Source: a virus. Taken from it: DNA of 64,000 nt. Numbering within the stretch: the first letter of the stretch is position 1; the number at the start of each line of letters is the position of its first letter. Made by a program: the position numbers and the translations under genes. The stretch lies in IMG/VR virus record IMGVR_UViG_3300043493_000021, positions 79 through 64,078 of that record, one strand, 5' to 3'. Under the pieces are notes generated by a model, which was not told where the DNA came from, did not search any database, and was given only the letters and a program-made list of their open reading frames with translations. Positions 45,673 through 52,307 of this stretch are shown here, in pieces.

Positions 45673-45763
45673 CCATGCTGTAACCGGCTCCACGGGGGAG
45701 CCGGGAACAGGATAGCCAGACGGCATCCCCCATGCCCCCGGGGAGCGGGGCTGAGTATGAGTC

Positions 45764-46009
45764 ATGTCAAAATCGAACACGCGACCGATCCCCACGAGTA
45801 ACGCCATCGCGTTGTATTTCCATTGCCGCAAGTGTTTTGACGATATCCCGAAAGGGATGTCGCCGAGCCAATGGTCGCGGCTGGAGGCTGGATGGACCGA
45901 GATCGGCCTTCAGATCCGATGCAAGCGGTGCGACGCGAACATTCTTCACGTCGATTTCGAGGGCCAGAAGCATCCGGCCAGGACGGACACTGGCGGCGAG
46001 GAGGGCTGA
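45764..46009 (+). CDS. Small Zn-binding protein (2x CxxC)
   Basis: YFHCRKC...LEAGWT..GLQIRCKRCD..I.H.DFEGQKHPA. Confidence 0.55.
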   Translation: MSKSNTRPIPTSNAIALYFHCRKCFDDIPKGMSPSQWSRLEAGWTEIGLQIRCKRCDANILHVDFEGQKHPARTDTGGEEG

Positions 46010-46010
46010 C

Positions 46011-46196
46011 ATGAGTTTCACGGGAAACCACCCGAACAGATCCCGGACCGTCGTGCGGCATTGCGCGTGGTGCAACCTGGAGGTCACGCGGTGGGAGTTT
46101 CCCCCGTGGTGCTCCATGCGGTGCGCGCTGAAGTATGCCCGTGCCGCGTTTCGCGCGGGCTTTCGCGTCCCCCCGAAGGAGCCGAACCATGACTGA
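46011..46196 (+). CDS. Small Cys-rich protein
   Basis: ATG 46011 after GAGGAGG; CAWC...CSMRC. Confidence 0.45.
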   Translation: MSFTGNHPNRSRTVVRHCAWCNLEVTRWEFPPWCSMRCALKYARAAFRAGFRVPPKEPNHD

Positions 46197-46377
46197 TGAA
46201 ATGAAACAACGCATCGACGCCATGACCCGCGAAGAGATGGCTCGCCAATGGCGGTTCGCCCCCATGGGCGATCCGATGTTCCAAGGTGAAACCGGCGACT
46301 ATTTCGGCCAACGGTTCCGCGAACTCGGCGGCTTTTCGCCCGCCATCAGCAAAGACATCGGATGGGACAAACCATGA
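46189..46377 (+). CDS. Hypothetical protein
   Basis: ATG 46189 after AAGGAG: ID.MT.EEMAR.WRFAP.G.P.FQGETG.YF...GGFSP.ISK.IGW. Confidence 0.55.
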   Translation: MTDEMKQRIDAMTREEMARQWRFAPMGDPMFQGETGDYFGQRFRELGGFSPAISKDIGWDKP

Positions 46378-46679
46378 TTTGGAAGCTTTTCCACCCCGCC
46401 GCGACCCCGGACTCGCTGGGGTTCATCCCCTCATTCTTCGATGAGGACGAGTTCCTCACGGCGAGGGAACAAATCGACCTGAACTACGCGCACGGGGGCG
46501 GCTGGCGACCGTTCCCGGGGGTCACGATGGACGAGGGTTGCTTGCGTTACCCTGGCGACCCCCCGTTCCCGTTGCTCGCGGAGGCTAAATTCCGCGACGA
46601 GACGATCCGGCTCTATCTCGGAAGCTGGCTGGCGATCATCCAGCCCGACGGGAGCTACGAGGTCGCGAAGATCGACTGA
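46374..46679 (+). CDS. Hypothetical protein
   Basis: ATGA-coupled; LG.IP.F....D...A.EQ....YAHGGGW.PF...YPGDPP..L. Confidence 0.55.
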   Translation: MIWKLFHPAATPDSLGFIPSFFDEDEFLTAREQIDLNYAHGGGWRPFPGVTMDEGCLRYPGDPPFPLLAEAKFRDETIRLYLGSWLAIIQPDGSYEVAKID

Positions 46680-46691
46680 AAGGACAACACA

Positions 46692-46880
46692 ATGAGCATC
46701 ACGATGACTGGAGCCCCCGCCGAATGGAAACGGCGGTCACTGAGGGCTTATTGCCCGCATTGCCATTCTTCCCAGTGGACGGCGGACGGCCAGATGCAAC
46801 GCGATCACGACCGCCCCGATGGGAAGCGATGCGAGAAGTCAATCGTGTTCAATGAACTTTGGAAATCGACCGACCGATAA
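46692..46880 (+). CDS. Small Zn-ribbon protein
   Basis: YCPHC...H.RPDG..C; RBS AAGGA. Confidence 0.45.
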   Translation: MSITMTGAPAEWKRRSLRAYCPHCHSSQWTADGQMQRDHDRPDGKRCEKSIVFNELWKSTDR

Positions 46881-47011
46881 ATCATTTATCGTTTATCGGG
46901 GAATTTGTCGGTTAGTTTATCGGCTCGCCAGCCACTCGGGTTCCGGCCCTAAGAGGGCGAAAGGCCGTCGGGGAATTGTGGGAAAACCTGACGGCACCCT
47001 CTCGTCGCGAG

Positions 47012-47350
47012 TCATCGCAAAATCCCCAGTGCCCTGGACGCCTCGGCGTAGCGTCCAGCGAGCGCCCCCAGATCGAGGCCGTGCTTTGCCTCCCAGGTTC
47101 GCCACCCCCCCCAATGACCTTCTGAGTGATGCGACCAACAAAGCGGCACGCACGCGCTATCGTCGGGCTTCAGAGCCACACCGGCCCCTTTGCGGACGTG
47201 ATGAGCCTCCGACCCGGGCTTGCGACACCCCGGCACGCAACACGGCAACGTCCTGAGCCACGCGAGATGCGAGGCTGATCTTTCCCGGGAAGACTTAAAA
47301 CGAGGCTCCACCTCAGTCGTGGGCAAGCGCATCCAGCACCTTATCGACAA
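47012..47350 (-). CDS. DUF968/Ref-like HNH-type nuclease
   Basis: R...HL.W.R.LPC.V.GC......AHHVR......KP.D...VPLC..HH...H. The true start may be near 47311. Confidence 0.6.
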   Translation of the reverse strand: MSIRCWMRLPTTEVEPRFKSSRERSASHLAWLRTLPCCVPGCRKPGSEAHHVRKGAGVALKPDDSACVPLCWSHHSEGHWGGWRTWEAKHGLDLGALAGRYAEASRALGILR

Positions 47351-47498
47351 TCAAATCCACGTCGATCACGACATCCCCCCTCACGACATCGCCCTCCAGT
47401 TGGATCGCATAGCCCGTGTCCATGGGATGGGCCTGGGGCAACTGGCGGAATAGTTCGTTGGTGATCGCGTCGTTGAGCCGGTCCCTGATCGCCCTCAT
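47313..47498 (-). CDS. Hypothetical protein
   Basis: ATG 47498 overlaps the upstream stop (ATGA); 61 aa. Confidence 0.4.
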   Translation of the reverse strand: MRAIRDRLNDAITNELFRQLPQAHPMDTGYAIQLEGDVVRGDVVIDVDLIVDKVLDALAHD

Positions 47499-47728
47499 GC
47501 GATGTGCTCGGGAGACATGTGTTCGGGGCAATAATCCACCCCCGGTCGCGGCGAGATCGCGCATCCCCGGCAAAGCGGCGCGTCGCACGACCGGCCCAGT
47601 TCCGACCAATCGCAAAGCAAGGTCGAGCGCCCTCGGCAAACCCGGCATGGCATCGTTATTGGCCTGGTCCGACACACGATCGCGCGTGTGCCATCGGGTA
47701 GAAACACGACGTCGGAGCGGCGCGGCAT
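47495..47728 (-). CDS. Cys-rich small protein
   Basis: C.VC...S..LCDW...CDAPLC..CA......DYCP.H. Confidence 0.55.
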   Translation of the reverse strand: MPRRSDVVFLPDGTRAIVCRTRPITMPCRVCRGRSTLLCDWSELGRSCDAPLCRGCAISPRPGVDYCPEHMSPEHIA

Positions 47729-47736
47729 GGTCGGTC

Positions 47737-47940
47737 CTATCTTTGGTAGAGCCTCGCGCGAACGGCGGCGTCCTTCGCTTCCAGCAATTTGCGGAGCGCG
47801 ACGGTCCGCTCGGGGTTGCGCGGGAGGATTTCCACGATCCAGGTCGCCAGTGCGCTGAACTGGCCACTGACTTCCACGAGGTGCGGTGGCAGATGGTCGT
47901 AGGCAAAGAACTGCAAGATGGGCTCTACATCGTCTGGCAT
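47737..47940 (-). CDS. Small helical-hairpin protein, possibly Acb2/Tad1-related
   Basis: ATG 47940 with GGAGG: EPILQFFAYDHLPPHL...LP.NPERTVALRKLLEAKDAAVRA. Confidence 0.5.
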   Translation of the reverse strand: MPDDVEPILQFFAYDHLPPHLVEVSGQFSALATWIVEILPRNPERTVALRKLLEAKDAAVRARLYQR

Positions 47941-47945
47941 AATGG

Positions 47946-48137
47946 TCAGTCCTCCGGAAGCCGTTTGCCGTCGTCGTCCCACCGGTCCCAACCCGGCGTC
48001 GAGGGCTGATAGACCGCGATCCCCACTGGCTCCCCCAGGGTCATCGGATCGCCTCCATCGAACGTCGGACACGGGCTATCGAAGGCGAGGAAGTGGTCGC
48101 CGTTTTTCCAGAGCCAGAGCTTTTTGTATTCGGTCAT
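47946..48137 (-). CDS. Hypothetical protein
   Basis: 63 aa, coupled. Confidence 0.45.
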   Translation of the reverse strand: MTEYKKLWLWKNGDHFLAFDSPCPTFDGGDPMTLGEPVGIAVYQPSTPGWDRWDDDGKRLPED

Positions 48138-48397
48138 CCGGGAAAATCGCTCCCCTCGACCCTCGTGTATCCCGCCTCGAAAGCCTTCGCGGGGCTGATG
48201 CTCTTATAGCCGTCCTCGTAGATGACGGCGTAATCGCCCACCGTGGCCTCGGCCAGCATCACGCCCTGCTTTGGAACGAACGTCTCACCGCCTTCCACGA
48301 TGGCGCACACGCGCCCGCCCGTGTCGCGGGTATCGAAGCCGACGATCTTCGCGGCCTGGACGATCTTGTGGCTCTCGTAGCGCGGCCAATCAGACAT
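48134..48397 (-). CDS. Conserved phage protein (Y.SHK.V.A.KI...Y.DGY.S.SP...FE.GY family)
   Basis: RYESHKIVQAAKI...GDYAVIYEDGYKSISPAKAFEAGYTRV. Confidence 0.55.
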   Translation of the reverse strand: MSDWPRYESHKIVQAAKIVGFDTRDTGGRVCAIVEGGETFVPKQGVMLAEATVGDYAVIYEDGYKSISPAKAFEAGYTRVEGSDFPG

Positions 48398-48409
48398 TTT
48401 GGTTTCCTT

Positions 48410-48595
48410 TCATCGGACCCTGACCCCCGTGAGCGGGAGCAAATAGCTGATCAGCACGATCACCACGACCAGCGCGAGAAGAACCTGGATCACCCAGACG
48501 GGGAAGCCTGGGGGGAACGGGATCAGCGTGATCACCCACCAGATAAGCGCGCAAATAATCAGAACGACCAGCAAAGTGACGAGAAGATCGATCAT
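48410..48595 (-). CDS. Small two-TM membrane protein (Thivi_2564-like)
   Basis: MIDLLVTLLVVLIICALIWWVITLIPFPPGFPVWVIQVLLALVVVIVLISYLL; RBS GGAGG. Confidence 0.6.
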   Translation of the reverse strand: MIDLLVTLLVVLIICALIWWVITLIPFPPGFPVWVIQVLLALVVVIVLISYLLPLTGVRVR

Positions 48596-48733
48596 GGCTT
48601 GTCCTCCATGTCCCACACCTTAACGAAAGAAACCCCCGGCCACGAGGACCGGGGGAAGTTTGTGTGTGGGGGTAGTCACGGGATACGCCCGCCACGACCG
48701 GCCCCGAACGAGGGAAAGGGACCGATGAACTGG

Positions 48734-48820
48734 TCAGCCCCACGCCATCCAAAGCGTGAAGCCGACCACCGCCCAGAAGACCAGCACGAGTGCCGCCAAC
48801 CGGGCGAAACCTTCAGGCAC
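48734..48820 (-). CDS. 28-aa hydrophobic micro-protein
   Basis: GTG 48820 overlaps the end of the PEP-CTERM gene: MPEGFARLAALVLVFWAVVGFTLWMAWG. Confidence 0.35.
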   Translation of the reverse strand: MPEGFARLAALVLVFWAVVGFTLWMAWG

Positions 48821-49448
48821 GGCGGCGCTTCGCGGCCCCCAGGCCCAGCAATCCCATACCCAGGAGCGCCATGGACGCCGGTTCCGGCACGTCCACGTCG
48901 ACCGGGTTTACCCCGCATCCAGGGCAATCACTGAACAACGTGCGCGCGATGGTGTAGTGCGATACCCCGTGCGTCGTGGAGCCGCCCGGCAGATCAAACG
49001 GCGGATCGGTGAACGGCGATGACCACACGCCATTCGTGAACAACTCGTTGAAAACGAACCCAACGAGGTTGGTGCCGTCGCCGTCTTTGAAGAAGATCCC
49101 GTAAGCGTAGTGGACGAAATCCGCGTTCAGGATCGACCACGTTCCGGTCAGCGCGCTCCCTCCGTTGATCTGTGTCTGACCGTTATCAACCCAGTGGGTA
49201 TCTCCGAAGAACCCCGTCGTGTTCAGGTTCGAAATGGACGCAACGAAGCTATTGTTCGGCGGGTCGATGTATTGACACTTGATCGTCGCGGAAAGCGTCC
49301 CCGCCGCGTTCTCGACCTTCGCGTTGGGCTCGGTGGTGAAGCCCGGTTCGGGACACGTCACCAGGGCGGCGCGGGCCGGAGTCGGAGCCTGGGCGACGGC
49401 GATGACACCCAGAACTCCGACCGTGGCCGCGATAAGTTGGGCCTTCAC
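48813..49448 (-). CDS. PEP-CTERM sorting-domain protein 2
   Basis: GTG 49448 (GTGA overlap): signal peptide MKAQLIAATVGVLGVIAVAQA; C-terminus VDVPEPASMALLGMGLLGLGAAKRRRA*. Confidence 0.9.
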   Translation of the reverse strand: MKAQLIAATVGVLGVIAVAQAPTPARAALVTCPEPGFTTEPNAKVENAAGTLSATIKCQYIDPPNNSFVASISNLNTTGFFGDTHWVDNGQTQINGGSALTGTWSILNADFVHYAYGIFFKDGDGTNLVGFVFNELFTNGVWSSPFTDPPFDLPGGSTTHGVSHYTIARTLFSDCPGCGVNPVDVDVPEPASMALLGMGLLGLGAAKRRRA

Positions 49449-50107
49449 GCGGCGCACCCCGCGACGCTACCACGCCGACGGCGGGCAACGCCAAGACCGA
49501 TCAGACCGGCACCCAGGAGGGCGAGGGAGGCCGGTTCCGGAGCCGCCGTGGACGCCGACACGGTGCCCGAGAAGTCAGCCGTGAAGGCCCCGAGCGTGGT
49601 CCCGTTGATGTGGAGACCCGGCGTCAGGTTCGCGAACGTCAGACCGAACGTCGACGGGGACACGAGATCGGCGGCGTCGATCACGGAGGAAGTCAGAACC
49701 AGCGTGTCGGGCGGCGAGTTCACGTTCAGCGTCAGACCCGGTCCGCCCGCCGCGCCAAACGTGGCGTCCGTGAACGTCCCCGAGAGGTAGTTGGTGCCGG
49801 TGCAACCGTTCAGGCTCGTGAAGCAAAACGACCCGCTATAAAGCTGGATGATCTGCGTCCCGATCTGGGTGGCGGGCGAGGCATTGGTGGCGTTCAGCGA
49901 GAACAAGCTGGTTCCCAGGATAGCGCCGTTACCGGCGGTGATCTGAGTCGAGATGTTGGTGGCGGTGATGTTGGTCGTGGTGCCGTCATCGGTCGCGATG
50001 ATAGTCGGCGTGTCGCTCTGGTTTTGCGAGAACGAGGCGACGAGGGCGGCGTCAGCGGAGGTAGCGATGGCTACCAGGGCCGTTGCCGCGAGGAGAAGGT
50101 TTCGCAT
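49445..50107 (-). CDS. PEP-CTERM sorting-domain protein 1
   Basis: ATG 50107 with AAAGGG RBS: signal peptide MRNLLLAATALVAIATSADA; Ser/Thr-rich body; C-terminus APEPASLALLGAGLIGLGVARRRR. Confidence 0.9.
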   Translation of the reverse strand: MRNLLLAATALVAIATSADAALVASFSQNQSDTPTIIATDDGTTTNITATNISTQITAGNGAILGTSLFSLNATNASPATQIGTQIIQLYSGSFCFTSLNGCTGTNYLSGTFTDATFGAAGGPGLTLNVNSPPDTLVLTSSVIDAADLVSPSTFGLTFANLTPGLHINGTTLGAFTADFSGTVSASTAAPEPASLALLGAGLIGLGVARRRRGSVAGCAA

Positions 50108-50274
50108 GAGTTTCCCTTTGTTGGGTTCGGTTGTCGGTCCGAGAAAGTTAACCAAACCTTCAGGATCTGTCCTGGCCAATCGTCGCGGACATATTCTTGG
50201 GACGCGGCAATAAACTCAGTGGTTTATCGGTCGAAAGTCGGGATCTGGGCCGGGACTGTAAATTCCGCCGACAC

Positions 50275-50448
50275 TCACCAGAACCCGTTCGATGTCTGAT
50301 AGAACTGGGATTGGGCCGGTCCCGTGATCGGTGCCAGGAGCGCTTTCACGGTTTCCCGGAGTTCATCGTTGTGCCGTCGCAAGTCAGCGACCTCCCGCTC
50401 CAGGTCGTCAACGCGGCGTCTCAGTTGGTCCAGTAGGTAGTCTTGCAT
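50275..50448 (-). CDS. Small coiled-coil protein
   Basis: LRRRVDDLEREVADLRRHNDELRETV. Confidence 0.45.
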   Translation of the reverse strand: MQDYLLDQLRRRVDDLEREVADLRRHNDELRETVKALLAPITGPAQSQFYQTSNGFW

Positions 50449-50636
50449 TGGCGCTTTCCCTTGGCTTTCTCGATGGGTGGTTTCGGCTGGTTCGTTCCCC
50501 AATTTGCATGACACGCCGCGTTGCAGAAAAATCGGAATTGTTGCGTGTAGTCGTCGTCTTGTTGCATCTCAAGCCGGATCAGGGGCTGGTAGGAGTGGCA
50601 ATAGGTGCATCGGGCACCGGGGGGGATGCGGTCCAT
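50421..50636 (-). CDS. Small Cys-containing protein
   Basis: ATG 50636: CTYC...FFCNAAC. Confidence 0.4.
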   Translation of the reverse strand: MDRIPPGARCTYCHSYQPLIRLEMQQDDDYTQQFRFFCNAACHANWGTNQPKPPIEKAKGKRQCKTTYWTN

Positions 50637-50929
50637 TCCTTCGTTTCCTTGCCGGTCCAGACGGTGCGTAATTGCTCCAGCGCCCGGACCATGATCCACA
50701 AATGCGCGAGAGGCGACGTCGGCCCGTAATACTTCATCGCCGCCATCAACGCGGTCTCGCGCTTCTCGTCCTGGCTCAGTTCGCCGGAATTGAACTCAAA
50801 CGGCGGCATGGGCTCGCCCTTCTGGGCGTGGTGGTGCGCCAGGTCGTGGGTGACGGCGTGCGCCGCGACCAGCACGTTCTCGACCGCCCGGGTCATGTCC
50901 CGGAGGCGGTGGCTTAGATCCTCGGTCAC
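50579..50929 (-). CDS. Hypothetical protein
   Basis: GTG 50929 overlaps the upstream stop (GTGA). Confidence 0.45.
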   Translation of the reverse strand: MTEDLSHRLRDMTRAVENVLVAAHAVTHDLAHHHAQKGEPMPPFEFNSGELSQDEKRETALMAAMKYYGPTSPLAHLWIMVRALEQLRTVWTGKETKEWTASPPVPDAPIATPTSP

Positions 50930-51186
50930 GGTAAAATCCTTTCCAAATCGGTTGCTGGCAAACGAACTTGCCAATCATGCCTGTGAAACTTGACAATCAG
51001 CCAGCCGTCGACCGCCACGACGGTCCCCGCCCGCGTGCCGATGTCGGGATACCGGGCACGCGCTTGCTCGGTCAGCACGACGCGATCTCCTCGCTTGGCG
51101 TGTCGAATGTCACGCGGATCTCCCACGGGGGCGACCGATCCGACGCCCGCGTTATGGAAACGCTTTGAACGCGCTTTCCGAGCCAC
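50926..51186 (-). CDS. Hypothetical protein (start uncertain, possibly GTG 51078)
   Basis: SH3-like GTRAGTVVAVDGWLIVKF. Confidence 0.3.
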   Translation of the reverse strand: MARKARSKRFHNAGVGSVAPVGDPRDIRHAKRGDRVVLTEQARARYPDIGTRAGTVVAVDGWLIVKFHRHDWQVRLPATDLERILP

Positions 51187-51416
51187 TCAGCCCCCACCTT
51201 CGCGCGTGGATAGACGCGCCAAAACCGCACGGGATTGCGCGCCTGGCCAAGGTATTTGAAGGGCACCTTCAGGTGCAGACCTCTCACCGGGTCATCCACG
51301 ACGCGGGTTCGCTTGTGGGTCCATCTGAGACCTTGCCATCCCGCGTTATCCCCCGTGATCTCGTAGCCTTGGACCAGCACCGTTCCCGGCGCGATCTGGA
51401 AAACTTCCGTCGTCAC
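51072..51416 (-). CDS. Hypothetical protein
   Basis: 114 aa; RBS AAGGAG before the TTG start. Confidence 0.45.
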   Translation of the reverse strand: MTTEVFQIAPGTVLVQGYEITGDNAGWQGLRWTHKRTRVVDDPVRGLHLKVPFKYLGQARNPVRFWRVYPRAKVGAEWLGKRVQSVSITRASDRSPPWEIRVTFDTPSEEIASC

Positions 51417-51603
51417 CCGCCAATCTCCTTAGAAGTCCGGCGATTAGACGGGCATCGGGGCTCCCGGAGAAGATGGCGAGCGGCATGACGTGATCCGGGT
51501 AAGGACGGCCCCTTTCGAGCGTGAGGGCGATCCCCAGCGCCATGACCTTGTCGGCGGTCATCTCGGGATCGGCACGCTCGCACGAGTGCAAATTCAATGT
51601 CAT
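51346..51603 (-). CDS. Hypothetical protein
   Basis: 85 aa, ATG follows an upstream TGA. Confidence 0.35.
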   Translation of the reverse strand: MTLNLHSCERADPEMTADKVMALGIALTLERGRPYPDHVMPLAIFSGSPDARLIAGLLRRLAGDDGSFPDRAGNGAGPRLRDHGG

Positions 51604-51864
51604 CGCATCACCTGAACCAGAGCCAGATCGCGCCGAACCCGAACAAGATCACGAGCACCCTATTATCTTCTGCAGGCTTCAAATCATCCGGAAGAAAGTC
51701 GCGGAGCGACCGGACTTTAAGATACTCCGATAGTCTGGACCCCGACGTTGCGAAATGGCTCCGAGAGAACGAACTGCGGGAGAAGATGGCCCACCGCTTT
51801 GGGAAAGTGCCGGTTCAGATGACCCTCTATCTGGACCCACCAGGGCGGTAGCGTCTGCAGGCTG

Positions 51865-52083
51865 CAAATCGAACGATTATGCTTGACCGCGTTCAGCAAG
51901 AAGGTGGTGAACCACACTCACATGGTGGCGCTGCACTTCATGGCGTACAACTTCACCCGCATTCATTCGACGCTGAAATGCTCACCGGCCATGGCCGCAG
52001 GCGTGTCCAAGACACTTTGGGATGTGGCGGATATCGTGACGGTGGTCGAGGACTGGGAGGCCCGGCAGGCGATCTTCGCCTGA
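51865..52083 (+). pseudogene. C-terminal remnant of an IS1-family-like DDE transposase
   Basis: QIERLCLTAFSKKVVNHTHMVALHFMAYNFTRIHSTLKCSPAMAAGVSKTLWDVADIV matches the ...RLTNAFSKK..NH...AL.F..YNF.R.H.TL..TPAMAAG....W tail. In-frame stop at 51820; no catalytic N-terminus. Oriented opposite to the surrounding operon. Confidence 0.7.
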
Positions 52084-52307
52084 TCCGTCGGAAGTGGGAC
52101 GCCTCGGGCTTCTCCCCGCACGGCGTGGTCCGGTAGCTTGGTGGATTCCAATGCCTCTCGCAGCGTGATATAGGATTCGACCATGGGAGTCTGGTGCCAC
52201 AGATGACGGAATCGGCGCAATCGGCATCTTCTGGTGGCGATTATCCGCGTCTGGATATCGCAAAGCACCCAGAACACGACGTCGTGGATGATCTCGCGGT
52301 CAGTCAT
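51963..52307 (-). CDS. Hypothetical protein (C-terminus overlaps the IS remnant)
   Basis: ATGA-coupled to the rep gene. Confidence 0.35.
   Translation of the reverse strand: MTDREIIHDVVFWVLCDIQTRIIATRRCRLRRFRHLWHQTPMVESYITLREALESTKLPDHAVRGEARGVPLPTDQAKIACRASQSSTTVTISATSQSVLDTPAAMAGEHFSVE

Noticed and set aside
45735-45750. CCCCGGGGAGCGGGG as a fourth leader-element copy
   Set aside because: Two extra bases, wrong orientation relative to the downstream gene, and no flanking stems; plausible by chance in GC-rich DNA.
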